Origin: Octopus sinensis
Taxonomy: Eukaryota
NCBI RefSeq assembly: GCF_006345805.1
Contig: NC_043002.1
Coordinates: 11,904,001-11,968,000, forward strand
DNA length: 64,000 bases
Direction: 5' to 3'
Positions within the stretch are counted from its first letter, which is position 1. The number at the start of each line of letters is the position of its first letter. Both the position numbers and the translations under genes were made by a program. Under the pieces are notes generated by a model. The model was not told where the DNA came from. It searched no databases and saw only the letters and a program-made list of their open reading frames with translations. Positions 37,511-51,419 of the stretch are shown piece by piece.

Positions 37511-39778
37511 AACCAGAATGTAATTGTATACATACGAAGGTCGGGTGTTATATATATAAGGATGAACTCAAAATTTTCTAGGATTTAAAATATCGACCAG
37601 ACTTTTGCGTGTTATTATATCATAAATATATGTAAATGTAAACAAAATTAAAAACCGTTCAAATATATTTGACAGTAGAACCCGTTAAAGATTTTTCCTT
37701 CCAGTTTTTCTTGTCCTCTCATCACCATTTCACAATAGGTGGTGCTTTGTTCACGTCCTTGTATAACTTAGCGGTTCTGCAAAAAAGAAAAAAGAAACGA
37801 TAAAATAATTACCAAACTTAAATATATAGAATAAGTCTTGACGTCCATTTGTTCGACTAAACCCTTCGAGGTGGTGCACCAGCATGGCCGCAGTCTATTG
37901 ACTGAAACAGGTAACAGAGAAAAGGAATCAATGAAATGGTGTGGTTTTTGTTTGTATGGTGTAGGTTCATTCAACAAAGTATGGTTGAGTGTTGCGCGAG
38001 AGATGTATATAAAGATCATCGCTTTAAACAAAAAGGTGACAAAACACCAAAGTGAACACAGAATACTTTCTGTTGGACTGATGTATGCATTTCGAATTCT
38101 AGCTTTCTTTAGCACGAAATACCATAAGAGCGGCAAAGGATTCTGCATCCTGGAGCCGTGTGCGCATTAGATGCAATGACTTGCGTTATTAATGTCGACA
38201 CTCTGCTTGCTTGGTTCAAATCCAAACAAGGTCAACCCTATCTTTCAACGATTCGGGATCGAAAAACATGGTACCGGACTGAGACGGTGGATCGACAAGT
38301 TGGATACTTCACTAAATATACCCTGTTTCGTGTGTGTCAAACTGGCGCTAAATATGTCGGTGCAGTCATCTGTAACCGACTGTAAACTGGCCGACTGTGG
38401 GGGTGGGTGGAGAGGCAGATATCCTTCGTCAGTTTGCCTCTACTATGAATATTTTAGTTGTTTATGACTGTATTTAATGGCATCTCCTTAACGGGGCGAG
38501 CGTGTGACGTATGTAGATGTACGTCTATATATGTGTTTATGATAATACGTGTATTCTTACCTTTTTCATTTTATCTTTTAATTCTTCTTTCGTCATGTTT
38601 TATTTTCTATGTTTTATTACTTTACTCTATGTCATGGATTAAACTATAACCAGATCCATTTACCGGTTATAACCCAGAAATTATATCCATCCTCTCTATA
38701 TATCCAACAACCTACTGGCGACAACATGCCAAGCGAAACAAATATAAAAAATGTAAAAATAAATAAACTGGCTGTCATATAGATCGAATAGCATTTCACT
38801 ACCATTTACCTTTAAAATAATAACTTTACTACGTTAACTATATATAAAATAATAATCAAGTAAATAAATTTTCATATTTCGAGAAAACCATATTTATTAA
38901 ATAATATTAATTATTAAATAATATTAATTATCTTCTGGTTTAAATTAAAAATCTGACATTAAACACCCAAAGAATTAGAAAAAGAGAAAGCAAACGTAAT
39001 ATTTTTCTTCAGAAAGTAAAACGCCGATGATGTAGACAATTATTTGCATAAATAGCTATTAAATAATAATAGCATGATCCAAATTCACAGAACTTAGAAA
39101 AGAAACATACGCAATTTGTCAAAAAGGCAAACATACGACGCTCAGTTTCACTTTGTCTAACATGGAAATCGACGGTGACTCTCCAAACTATGTTCGTAAT
39201 GTACTATGCGAATCACCTGTGACTCCTTTATAGAGCCTCACATTACTTTGGTTCAAAATACATCATTCGAATTGTAGGATATGTACAGAATAGAAAATAT
39301 CAGATGGATACAAGTCATTCTTCTCTCCATCAGTCGAACAAATGTTCTTTATAAAATATTTTATGAGAAACAAGACATTGAAGCTTACCTGAAATACAAG
39401 CTGTAGAGAAAAATCTTAAAAGGTAAAAATTCCCACAATGGAGGAATAATGGATATTTTAATACTTTTCAACATGTCTATTACTGGTGGCTCCCGTCGGA
39501 CAGACTGAACTTAATTTTTGTCCAGTACCGCAGGAGTCACCGCTGCTATCCGTACTATAAGTCACTGTAGTCGTTTATATAGTGAACTAATACATATTTA
39601 TATGTATCTTTGGTCTTTTACTTGTTTCACTCATTAGACTTTAACCATGCTTTGGCACCATTTTGAAGGGTTTTAAGCCTGGTACTTATTCTATCGGTGT
39701 GTTGTTGCGGAACCCCCAAGTCTCGAGGACATAAACACACCACACAAACGTTGTCTGATGGTAATGGGGGACAAACAC

Positions 39779-39813
<35 letters not shown>

Positions 39814-40976
39814 CTCTATATATGTATATATATTCACCTTGCAAATTATTTTATTTGCTAATTAAAGTTCGAAACCTAAGGTCCGGCTGTAAAATATGGT
39901 AAATGTTAGTATTTTTCATTCCCTTCATGCTCTTAACTGTGGTTTGGACTTCTTGATTGTTCTTTCTAGTATGTAAGGCGACCTATTAAGGCTTGCCTCT
40001 TTGTGCTTAAATGTACACTAAATATATACGGAAGGTTAGTAGAGTTAGAGGTTGGAATAACCGTCTAAGGGATAAAAGTACCGATTATATTCCCGGTATG
40101 ATTAGCTCAGTTAACCCTGGACATGCATATGCAAGAATATTAGGGTCATAGATTACAGGTACTGACAAAGAGAAACATGAGTTTATCAAGAATCAAACAG
40201 TAAATGAAAAATAGTTGATCAGCAAAAATAATTTAAAAAACAAAAAAATATAATTGATGTAAGTCAATTGTTATTGATCAATATTTCTTCATTTTTTGTT
40301 TACTTTAATTTTATATACGACAGGCTTCTTTCAGTTTCCGTTCACGAAATATACTCACAAAACTTTAGTTGGTACGAGCCTATAATAGGAGATAATTGCC
40401 CAAGGTGCTACGCAGTGGAACTGAACCCGATACCATGTAGTTGAGAAGCAAATTGCTTGCCACATAACCACGACCGCGTCTGTATGCATAAAAGACTGAA
40501 AACGAAACCGCATATTTTATAACAAAACTAGGCTACTGGTACCGAAGAAAATAAGGTGCAAAATCAGCTTTGTTTGCAAAGAGTTGAACATTGACAATTG
40601 ACAAGAAATCTTCGATAAATGCATTACAAATATGTAGCATAAATATCATTTACAGGTAACCTTAAATATAGGTTAATTAACAATAGCTAAATATCAGTTT
40701 GCTTATTCAGCAAAAATCGTTAAGTAACTATAAGTACATAAGGAAAGCTTCTAATCTCCAGTGACAGAACGAAAGTAACTAAATCATTTGTTAGTTTAAC
40801 ATAATAAATATGACTGTAGAATTATCAAATTTGACAGAGTCGAAATGTTTCCTTCCATTTCTGAAAAAATTTAGTATATGGTACATTAGAATTCATATAT
40901 GTACACACACACAAAAACACACACACACACGCACACACACACAGTAAGATTGAGGGTTACCACACAAGTAAAAATA

Positions 40977-41211
40977 TAAGGAAAAGTATATGAAAGTACA
41001 GGTGTCTTTTAAAAGTATTTAACTTAACCGGTTTCACTTAAAAAAGATTATCAAAACTAAAGTACATAAATATATTCAAATCAAGTGATAGAGGCACTTA
41101 ATTTGAATATATTTATGTACTTTACGTTTGACAATCTTTTTAAAAAAAGCTAAACCGGTTAAGTTAATGAATACTTTTAAAAGTCACCTGCATTTTCAGA
41201 ATATTTTCCTT

Positions 41212-41212
<1 letters not shown>
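40977..41212. mobile_element. ~236-bp palindromic (fold-back) MITE-like element
   Basis: taaggaaaa...caagtg atagagg cacttaa...ttttcctta; the arms pair over about 110 bp. Confidence 0.75.
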
Positions 41213-41244
<32 letters not shown>

Positions 41245-41564
41245 ATATTTTCTTTTCTTCATGTTTACTCATGTCAGTCATTAGACTGCGACCATCTTGA
41301 AGTGTTTAGTCGAACAAATTAATCCCAAATCTTATTTTTCTCAACCTGGTGCTTATTCTATCAGTCTTCCAAATGTACACTTTTTGCCGAATCGTTTGCA
41401 TAAACAAAATAACACCAGTTGTCAAATGGTGGTTTTCGGAGACAAAACGTAAAAGCAAGTATACTCACACAGACAAATACTTTCCCAAAGTTTCTTTGCA
41501 AGTGGTAAATTTCCTAAAAAGCTAAAGGGTGGAAGCAGTGCAGAGGCCCAAAACTACAGGCCAA

Positions 41565-41950
41565 TGTCTCTGACTTCACATATCAGTAGAGTCCTGCAGT
41601 GAATCATCAGAAAGAAATTGATAATGTTCCTAGAAGAACAACACACAGCATGGCTTTCGTCCGGGATGAAACTGCCTCACACAGCTCTTGAAGCACTATG
41701 ACCTGGTACTGTAATAGTATAGGCCTCAAGGCCCGCAGCTCTTCAATGTTCTGCCACAAAAGTTAAGAAATCTGTATAAGGTGGAAGTAGATGTCTTCAA
41801 AAAGGAACATGACATCTTCCTCTCCCCAATACCGAATGAACCAATAACCCAACATGGGATATAGACGAGGGAAGCGGAATCAAACGCCCTCATACACCAA
41901 ATGGACCAACAGCTGCGATGAAAGTACTTACAGGACTGGTGATGTAAAAC
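41565..41950 (+). mobile_element. Internally deleted CR1/L2-like LINE fragment
   Basis: LTSHISRVLQ*IIRKKLIMFLEEQ..QHGFRPG*NCLTQLLKHYD is joined to GPQLFNVLPQKLRNL...FKKEHDIFLSPIPNEP. Confidence 0.7.
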
Positions 41951-42036
41951 ACCCAAACTGAGGAAGTCAAAAAGATCATGGTGGTACTCCAGCACGACCG
42001 CAGCTGCATGACTGAAACGAGCAAAAGAGTAAAAGA

Positions 42037-42126
<90 letters not shown>

Positions 42127-42589
42127 TACGACGGGCTTCAACACAGTTTTCGACATCCAAATCTGTCAAAACAAATAAGTCAGACCAAGGGTCCACGCAC
42201 TGTAGGAATGAACCGGAAACCACTTGCCTACAAAGTGAACTTCATAGTTTAAACAGACAAGCTTTCGCTTGCACACACACACAGAGACACACATGCACAC
42301 ACACACACACACATGCACACACACACACGCACACACGCACACACACACATGCACATATGCACACCACACACACCGCGCATACTTTGGAGATAATGAAATT
42401 GAAATTATCATGCATACAAGAAAGAGAGAGAACTAGAATTTTGTCTGCGATATTGCTTGTAAAAGAAAATTCTAATCCAGCAGAACACTTTGATGTATGT
42501 GTGTAGGCGTACAATAACGTGAAGACACATGACCCTGTATGAGTATATAAATATTCTATTTGTATTAACCAGGAAGTTTATCTAAACAA

Positions 42590-43730
42590 TCTCTGGTCTA
42601 TATAAATAGGACGGGTCAGCTATGAATAAATACTCCTACGAACTCACATCAGATATATCAAAAAACAACCTTATCTACTCTGTAGTAATTTTAGCTTAAA
42701 CCTCATTATAGCCACAAACATAACTGTTAATTTCATAGAAGTTAACTTATAGTCAGCTTATATAAACCATTCACTAAACTTAATTTAAATTTTACATGAC
42801 CCGATAGAGGATTCTGCCGATGCCAATTTATGTAAATTTATGTAAAATAGTTTTAAAATATTTTATCAGTAATATCGCTACAAAGATTTCCAATCTGTCC
42901 TCAAACACTTCTTGTCTTAGGAGGTATCGAAACACGTCAACAAAATAATCAGCACTTCGAAACAAAGAAATAAATGCATAAAAGTCACGTTCATCGTGTC
43001 ACTCAATGTTCTATATCATACCGCATAAACCCTCTCAGCATTAATTGATAAAGATTTCCGCATTAACCATAACTATATAAAAATATTTACTCCAAACACG
43101 CTAAAACTAAGTTGCAGTCGCACCAACTAAACATAGAATATTCCATAGAATATCCCATAAATAAACGAATTCAACACTCAATAGGAATATACTAGAAATG
43201 CCCATTCAATGTCTTGTAAGGCAGAAGTAGTTGTTACATCCAGGAAAATCAACCTCGAACGTAGTAGATATATATTACATTGGAATAACTGAAAGGAAGT
43301 TCAATACAAGATCTCACAACCATGCTAAGTATCTGGTGGGTCCCTAAATTAACACACATTAACTGAACGGATTCTAGAAAATTAATATGTTTTGTTTTCC
43401 CTTCCCTATTCCCTTCTCCTTTCCAACTTTTCTATTCATCTTCTAGTGTATAATACTATTATTACATATGTTACATATATATATTATATCATACCTTGAT
43501 ACTGTGTGGACTTAGATCTCCGTTGACAGGCCGCTGGTATTCAATAGGCAGATTAGGAACTCCTCCATAGAGTAACTGCTGCGTTTGTTGAGTATATAAA
43601 CAGTTTGGCTGCTTGATTCTTTGGAAATTGCGAAAGTGACGTGGACGCCTCTGATGAGGACCCAATAAGGTTTGAAAATCGATTAAGGTTTGTTCATCAT
43701 TTTTTTCAGTCTGCGGAGAAATGGCTAAAC
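42590..43730 (+). mobile_element. Highly decayed Naiad-like PLE: RT C-terminal half, GIY-YIG and 3' pLTR with HHR
   Basis: GLYK*DG (YRDD-like) at 42595, LIDKDFRINHNYIKIFTPNTLKLSCS, KCPFN..KAEV..YYIGITERKFNTRSHNH at about 43200-43325, and an HHR at 43648. Confidence 0.7.
43648..43688 (+). ncRNA. Minimal type-I hammerhead ribozyme with palindromic stem III
   Basis: cct-CTGATGA-g gacc caataa ggtt t-GAAA-atcgat-TA-agg, with TATA-like gtatataaac upstream. Confidence 0.7.
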
Positions 43731-43879
43731 TTTGCCTTGTTTATAATTATACCATATGTTAAATAATATTAGTTTAGGGAAGGGCTTTGGCCACTTGGAG
43801 GAACTATTGATAGCGCTAATGCCTGCTTATTTCACAATCATTTACCGATCCTCTCTCCGGAATCAATTCTGATGTAATA

Positions 43880-44040
43880 GTGACATGATTAAAGATGCCC
43901 TTCTTTGCGTTTCTTGCCCTTATTCGGGTTCATCCGGTATATCAGATAAGAATTTGCTTTAAATGTTCTTCAAGCGGATGCAAATGTACTCTTTGTAAAT
44001 CTCTGATGCTATTTGGCAAAGAATTCATATTTCCTTCCTA
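43880..44040 (-). mobile_element. CR1/L2-like LINE 3' remnant
   Basis: NSLPNSIRDL...FLSDIPDEPE*, parallel to the 41800-41850 segment. Confidence 0.5.
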
Positions 44041-44308
44041 TTTCATTTAATTTGTATATTGTCAATTATTTATCGCATTTACTTCTTGTTTTCCATATTC
44101 AGAAAAAGGAAATAACAAAATGATGTTCTTTAAGGCTGATTTCTGGAAAATGCCAGTACACGTAATATCATATCGAAAATGAATTTTCAAATGCCTCCAC
44201 TTAAAACATTCCGAAAATTGAAGCTGCTTAGCTTGACGAACGTCTAATTAGCCATTAATTAAGACATGAAACTCAAGCAACTAATTAATGATGAGTTTTC
44301 AAATATAC

Positions 44309-44382
<74 letters not shown>

Positions 44383-44901
44383 TATGAAGTTATAGGCGTG
44401 TGTGTTTCTGTATATATATATATATAATGTATTTAGATATAAATATATGTCTTGTGTATATGTGCAAAAGGAATTAGACGTAAATGTATGTAGGCTTCAA
44501 AACAGTATACCAGAGTTATTCATCTGTGTGTGTGCGTGTGCATATATGTTCGAATGCTTGTACGTATGCATCTAAAAATATATAGGTTACTCTGTATAGT
44601 AAACTACTTCATTCTCGATACAATCACAGACTCTCTCACACACAAACACACACATACACACACACGCACACACACACACATAAATGATATTCACAAAGAT
44701 GACACACGCTCAGACAGAAGCCACACGTGTGCGTATATAGTTTTGCATATGTTTGTGCACTCGTCTTGAAATGCAGGCTTATGCACACGGTATTACCGAA
44801 TTTTCTATGAGCATATATAAGTGTATACATATGTTTACACACATACACGCTTACGTATTTATGTATGTATGCATGTATGTATGTATGTACGTATGCAGAT
44901 A

Positions 44902-44935
<34 letters not shown>

Positions 44936-45473
44936 AATACCCACAAAAATACACTTATATACACACTGTATATGTACATGCACATATGTATATAGATTTT
45001 TATATAAACGCTGCATAACATTTACGTATGTATATATTTTTGTATAAGTGCACATATATATGTTTGTACGTGTGTGCGTAGTAAATTTTATTTATATATA
45101 TATGTATATGTATATATATACATATTTACATATATATATATATAATATATATATATATGTATATGTATAGTATATGTATATATATTTATATACATATTTA
45201 CATATATATATACATATAAATATATATATATATATATGTATGTATATATATATATATATACATATTTTCATATATATATGCACACGTATGGAATAACAGA
45301 CATATAAACGCGCCCTCATATATATGCACGTATATGTGTGTTTTGAGTGTATATATAGATACATTTATATACATATATATCTATATATTCACATATATAC
45401 GTGTGTATCTGAGTGTATAAGCTCATACATACTTGCACACACACACATATATATATGTTTGTATGAGTGTATG

Positions 45474-45530
<57 letters not shown>

Positions 45531-46509
45531 TCATACACTTACATATATGTATTCATCAGATAAGTGCCATTGATAATAAATGTGTTTATATATTGAAGAA
45601 CCTAATGTTATCTTTACCGCTTCTTAAGATATCCAACTTCCTTTATTTCTCTTTTCACGTCCTTCTTTTCTTTCTTCCTTTCATACCTTTTCTCCATCTT
45701 TCTGTCTTTCTTTTTTCTCCTCTTTCTCTATTCACTTCCTCTCTAAAGCTCTCTTTCCTTCCTCTACTTCTAGTTTCACGTCAATGCAGTTTTCAACTAC
45801 ATTTCAAGAATAACACTTTGATAGAATATCGATTCTTCATTTATTTTCATAGATTGCCATCTTCTCATCAACGCTTTTTATCTACTCCAAGATTTTTATC
45901 TCTTCCGAGATTTTTCTTATTGCTAGCTGCCATCTTTAGGCATGTCAATATGGCCTCTGTTTGTTGAACTGACGCTTTGAATCATAATTTAATCAATTGC
46001 CCAAGAATCAGAGTTCAGTTGCTAGGTTGCTACTGTATAGCAATACTTTCCGTTTTAATCGCCAAAATCTTCTTCAAACGCAAGACGAATTACCGATGCA
46101 ATTTGTAACTGTTCGCAGCTGAGCAGTATCTGTAAGATTGTTGGTTCACATGCAGCTATATTTCACAATCTGTGCTGTTTTGTTATTTTTTAAATTTATT
46201 TATTTGCTTACTTTAAATATGCAGAAAGTGTTGGATTTATCGGCGAAGTAGTTATATGTGATAAATCTTAGTGTGTCCAAGACTTTTCTCTTATGTCTAT
46301 AACTTGCATAGCGTTCTATGTTTGAAGTCTTGATTTGATATATTCATCTGTATCTATCAATGGGTTATCTGTTTTATGGATTTCAAGCGAGGGATAAAAG
46401 GGTATCTAGGTTTTTATGTATTTATGAAGAATCTTGGTCTATTTAAGTAACAGAGAAAAAACAACCAAAAACAAAATAAAAAATGCATTGTGAAATCTGA
46501 ATCAATTAT

Positions 46510-46930
46510 AGCCACGAGCTTGGCTGAGTGGTTAAGAAGCTTGATTTACAACCACGTGGTTTCGGGCTCAATCGTACTGCGCGCTACCTTGGGCATATTT
46601 TTTTCTAATTTAGTCCTTGGCCGAGTATTGCATTGTGAGTGCTTGGTACTGAGAAACTATGTGGAAGCCTAACTATAATATGTGTGTGTGTGTGAGAGTT
46701 TTTGTTTTGTTTTGCTTCTCCTCCTCTCTTCTCCCCGCTCGACAAACGATATTACTTTGTTTACCTCCCCGCCACCTAGTGGCTCGGCAAAAGGGATCAA
46801 TAAAATAAGTACCAGACTTAAAACAATAGATGGTGGTGGTGGTGTTAGTGGGGCGCAATCTGTTCAACTAAAACCCTTCAAGCCATGCTCCAGCATGGCC
46901 CCAAGTACAGTGACTGAAACAAGCAAATTA
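46510..46930 (+). mobile_element. Diverged SINE-A
   Basis: ttggctgagtggttaagaagcttg...ccttgggca...ccatgctccagcatggcc. Confidence 0.7.
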
Positions 46931-47859
46931 TAATAGATAAAAATCACAAAGTATTCGAAGCTTTACAGATTCTAACAGAATATACAAACGGATTTAGCTG
47001 TTATGTAGAGAGAAGTGAATCACATGGAAATCTATGCTTCGAAGCAAGTTTTAATTCTAGGTTGATGCACTTCTATTTAATCGTTTCTTTTAAAGCACTC
47101 AGCTAAAAATGGTTGATCTATCTTACATATCACTTATTATACCTATTTTATCTTTCCCGATGTTGCTTAATTAGAATTGAACACACCTTTTCCAAAGACA
47201 CCTTTTCCAAAGAAGCCTTTTCCAAACTTGTCAGTGCATGACACCAAATATTTAGATATACATCATAGAATGCAATACAAAATTTGCGTTGTCTGTCGTA
47301 GTATTTTCAATCAGTTTAAATCGTTCACTTTTGATTTATAAAATCAAACAAAATAAGAAGAAACACGGGAGATAAAAAGACGTTGAAGAGGTCTCAGGAT
47401 GTGTGACGCAAGTGCCTTGACAAAGAAACAAGAAATAATAAGAAAACTGAAGCAGAGACCAAATATGTGCGTGTGTTTAATCGGCAAAATATGCCCACCC
47501 CCGAGTATAGCAATAAACGTTTCAAATCCCGATTTCACTTCGAGGATATTGCAAAAAAGATACATAAAATTTATCACACCACATGACACCATCCCGTACA
47601 CATTAGCACTGACAACTTCCCAGCACCTACACCATCATGTACATACCTATACATGCACACACACACACACACGTCAAGGTCACCAGCCCCTATCCACTCG
47701 CACATGCACACTCTTACATACACTCGCACGCGCACCTTCATTTTGGGATCACCACTACTTATTTTCTCTCCTTCTTCCTAGCTCTCCTGTCTGACCACCT
47801 GTATCCGGCATTCTCCGTGATTGATCACTAGCTAGTAAACCTTTTTTTAAAAATTTTCT

Positions 47860-48009
47860 CTCACTGCTTATTTCTGTGTTCCTTCCTGTTGTAGAGCGTA
47901 GGCTCGATACGTAAAAGACTTTCTCAATACCTGAGCATTAAACTAATACATCTGTTTGTTGTTTACACACCCGTCTTCGTCTTTTGTTTTGTTTTGTTTT
48001 GTAAATTCC

Positions 48010-48012
<3 letters not shown>
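47860..48012 (+). mobile_element. PLE-type terminal-repeat fragment (505/33240 family)
   Basis: CTGTTGT-agagcgtaggctc-GATA-cgtaaaagac. Confidence 0.5.
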
Positions 48013-48058
<46 letters not shown>

Positions 48059-48362
48059 ATATATGTATGTATGCATGTATGTATGTATGTATGTATGTAT
48101 GTATGTGTGTGTGTGCGTGCGCGTGTGTGTGTGCGCGCGCGTGTGTGTGTGTCCTTGCCTTCGGAATGCGGAGTAGATGAAACAGGGACAACTGATGAAG
48201 GGGGAATCTTTTTTATGTTGCCTGTCTCGTTTCTCAGTTTGTTTTTTTCGTTGTTCGAAAAAAAGTTCGTTTTCTATATTTTTGTTTTTATGTTTTCGTT
48301 TCTCATCGTGTTCAACGTTCTTTTGATGTCCTGTACCCATATATGCATGTATATATATATGC

Positions 48363-49073
48363 ATATTGTTATATTTCGGAATGGTCATATTGCCAGTTTA
48401 ACCAATAAAAACACACGCACTATATATTTGGTGTTATTTTGCTTCAGTGATATTTACTTTTTACATTAATCTTAATCTTATTTCGGCCAGAGTTCTTTCG
48501 TCACACTCCTGTGACCGCATCAGTGGTCCTTTGTTTTCTTCTCACTTATTTGTGTCTCTCCTTACTAACCGTCAGCCATTTTGTATTTCTATTGTATGTC
48601 TTCATTTGCGCATGCTTATATCTCTATGTGCGTCTATGTTTATTTAGTGTGTGTGTGGGGTGGATGCCTGTAATATTTGTATCTTCTGTTTATATACATT
48701 CATGTAATTTGTATTTTGTTTTTGTTGTTGTTGCTTTTGTTCTAATTTTATTCATGTGTTTACATCCACCCATTATTATCATTACATATGCTTGTATGTA
48801 TGTATAACAACAATATTAGTAATAATAATAATAAATCTAATCAATAGAAATACAAAATGGCTGACGGTTAGTAAGGAGAGACACAAATAAGTGAGAAGAA
48901 AACAAAGGACCACTGATGCGGTCACAGGAGTGTGACGAAAGAACTCCGGCCGAAATAAGATTAAGATTAATGTAAAAAATAAATATCACTGAAGCAAAAT
49001 AACACCAAATATATAGTGCGTGTGTTTTTATTGGCTAAACTGGCAATATGACCATTCCGAAATATAACAATAT
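48363..49073. repeat. ~232-bp near-identical inverted repeat with a 247-bp spacer; each arm carries an HHR-like motif
   Basis: Arms 48363-48594 and 48842-49073 differ at only a few positions. Motif: ggacca-CTGATGC-g gtcac aggagt gtgac-GAAA-gaac-TC. Confidence 0.85.
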
Positions 49074-49139
49074 CTGTTTCAACACACGACTTCACATAAA
49101 AAATCTTGCACAACAAATATTTAAACGTATATATATGCA

Positions 49140-49410
49140 TATTAGAGGGAAACCACCATGTGGACACCCATATGCTAGAAATAGATCCGCTACGGTCTCA
49201 TCACCAAGAAATAAAAGCTACTCACAATTTTTGGTGTTACGGTGAAGTAGTAGTAATAGTAAAGGCAGTCACCCTTTAAGTGTTGCGGGCTGTCCGAGTG
49301 CTGGTGTAATCCAGTGGTGCCCATAGTGCGTAGCAATGCCTCCCTGGGACCGCTAGAAAGAGCGGATCTATTTCTAGCATATGGGTGTCCACATGTTGGT
49401 TTCCCTCTAA
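49140..49410. repeat. ~55-bp inverted repeat enclosing a segment directly repeated at 49846-50040
   Basis: attagagggaaacca...atagatccgc vs gcggatctat...ggtttccctctaat; agctactcacaattt...ccctgggaccg occurs twice. Confidence 0.8.
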
Positions 49411-49845
49411 TATATATATAATACAGTTTTACTGAACCTTCAGTTTTTTTATGGTATACCACTGGTGTGAAATCGATGTTAATTAAATTAATATCTAATT
49501 TCTCACCCTTATTTTAAATTTATAAATATATATATATATATATATACATGATTTAAAATAAGGGTGAGAAATTAGATATTAATTAATATATATATATATA
49601 TATATAAGAATGTAAAAGGGGAGAAAATACCTTCTGACAATGCGGGAAGTTTAATAAAACCTTTCTATTTTAGTAGCAATGACCCAGCCTCAGAAGAAAG
49701 GAACAGTCTAAGAAAAGACCGTTTATGTAGGCCTCGTGAAACCATATTCCGTAGCGTTTATGAAATAGCTGCGGTCGCCCCCCAAACGTAGGGGTAATCA
49801 ATGCCCCATGCGTTGATGTAAACATCCACCCCACTTTTGCTAGAA

Positions 49846-49889
49846 GCTACTCACAATTTGCCGTGTGACGGTGAAATAGTAGTAGTAGC

Positions 49890-49926
<37 letters not shown>

Positions 49927-51370
49927 TAGTAGTAGTAGTAGTAGTAGTGGCAATCACCCTTTAAGTGTTGCGGGCTGTCCGACTGCTGGTGTAATCCAGG
50001 GGTACCCATAGTGGGTAGCAATGCCTCCCTGGGACCGTGGAAAGTTTCAAGGGAGCGTTGAAGAAAAGTGGGGCGATAATAGGGTAGTGATTCATGTAAA
50101 AACAACAAAATACATGATTCACTAGGTCAAGTTTTATTTGTGAAGTACAGATGCTCTGAATTTGCTTCAGAAAGAGGTTTATATTTGTGATGATTGGATG
50201 GGGTGGGGGCGCTAGGAATATGGCTTTTGGGAACCACTGATAGAAACAAATCTCGGTTGCTGTTGTTGGCCATTCACCATCTGTTGGATGCTATCCCAAG
50301 AGCCACCGGCTCAACTCCGATCGCCAGTTAATTTTCGGGTTGAAGCGGTGGATCAGCAAAGCTTCTTTTATAATTAAATTGTCAGTGTTATTCTCAAAGG
50401 TGGCGTTTAACTCCGTGGTGGTGTTGCCACACCTGCTCAGGTGTTTGTGGAAAGAGGACGCGTTGGTGGTGAGATGTTCATTAATACGGACATGAAGTGG
50501 TTATGTTATGCTACCGGTGTAGTGGTTGCTGCAAATGGTGATTCGTATTTGGTCTAACACACACGTGCGTAAGCACATGTTAGAGTAGCGAATGGAGCAG
50601 TTCTTTGTGTGCAGGGATGTTGTACAGCAAGTGACCACCTCGTTGATAGGAGTTTGCGTAGGGACGGTCGTGAATGGGCCAACAGACTGTTTCGTACATC
50701 CCTTGTAGATGACGGAGGTGGTCTTCTCATTGAAGTGGGGAATCTTCAGGAAACATGCTATAGAAAGATCACTCTTGCGACATTTACCTGTCCTCTGTTC
50801 CTGTATGGAGTCAGAGACGGGCGTAGGGTATCCGTTGGCCTCAAGTGCCTTTAGGAATTGAGTAACATGAGCTTCCCAGCTGGTGTTGTTACTGCACCTT
50901 TTGTATATCCGAGTGATCTCATTATTTGCGTAGTTCTTCTTGGCCTAGATAGGGAGAGCAGATTTGTAATTGACGAAGAGGTCTCGACATGCAGATTTTC
51001 TGTAGAACACCGTGTCAATTTTCTCCTTGTCCATGACGTTGAGCCGAAACTCGAGCAAGGGTAGGGAACTATCACTGTTCGGGTGTTCACTGGTGAAGCT
51101 AATATGTCGGTCCATTTTATTGAACTTCTCCAGTATAGTGGAGGCGTCTTCTTGAGATGGGGCGAGCATGAGGATATCGTTCACACACCGGGCCTAAAAG
51201 GCGTGTGCGTGGCAGGTACTGAGTACCCTACGCTCCAGCCGGTTTAAGTAAGCAATAGCGAGCAGCCCTGAGAGGCTGTACTCCATAGACATGGCCTGAA
51301 TACTGTTTATAGGTGTTGCGCAGGAAATCAAAGTATGTGTTGGTGACTATAATTGATAGCAGATGGTGGA
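49846..51370 (-). mobile_element. Penelope-like element (Penelope/Poseidon-type RT plus GIY-YIG), decayed and 5'-truncated
   Basis: MSMEYSLSGLLAIAYLNRLE, NDILML, ISFTSEHPNSDSSLPLLEF, FYRKSAC..LFVNYKSALP, VLDQIRITICSNHYTGS..LHVRINEH and NLIIKEALLIHRFNPKIN. Confidence 0.8.
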
Positions 51371-51419
51371 TGTAGAGGAGGTTAATCAAGAGCCGTGTAA
51401 ATACTTGTAGGCGACATAT

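Noticed and set aside
46270-46440. Minus-strand FYPSL and LRFITYNYF words reminiscent of a PLE RT
   Set aside because: The motifs are in inconsistent frames and too short to support a call.
48185-48240. CTGATGA after gacaa
   Set aside because: There is no downstream GAAA or stem II, so the HHR fold is not supported.
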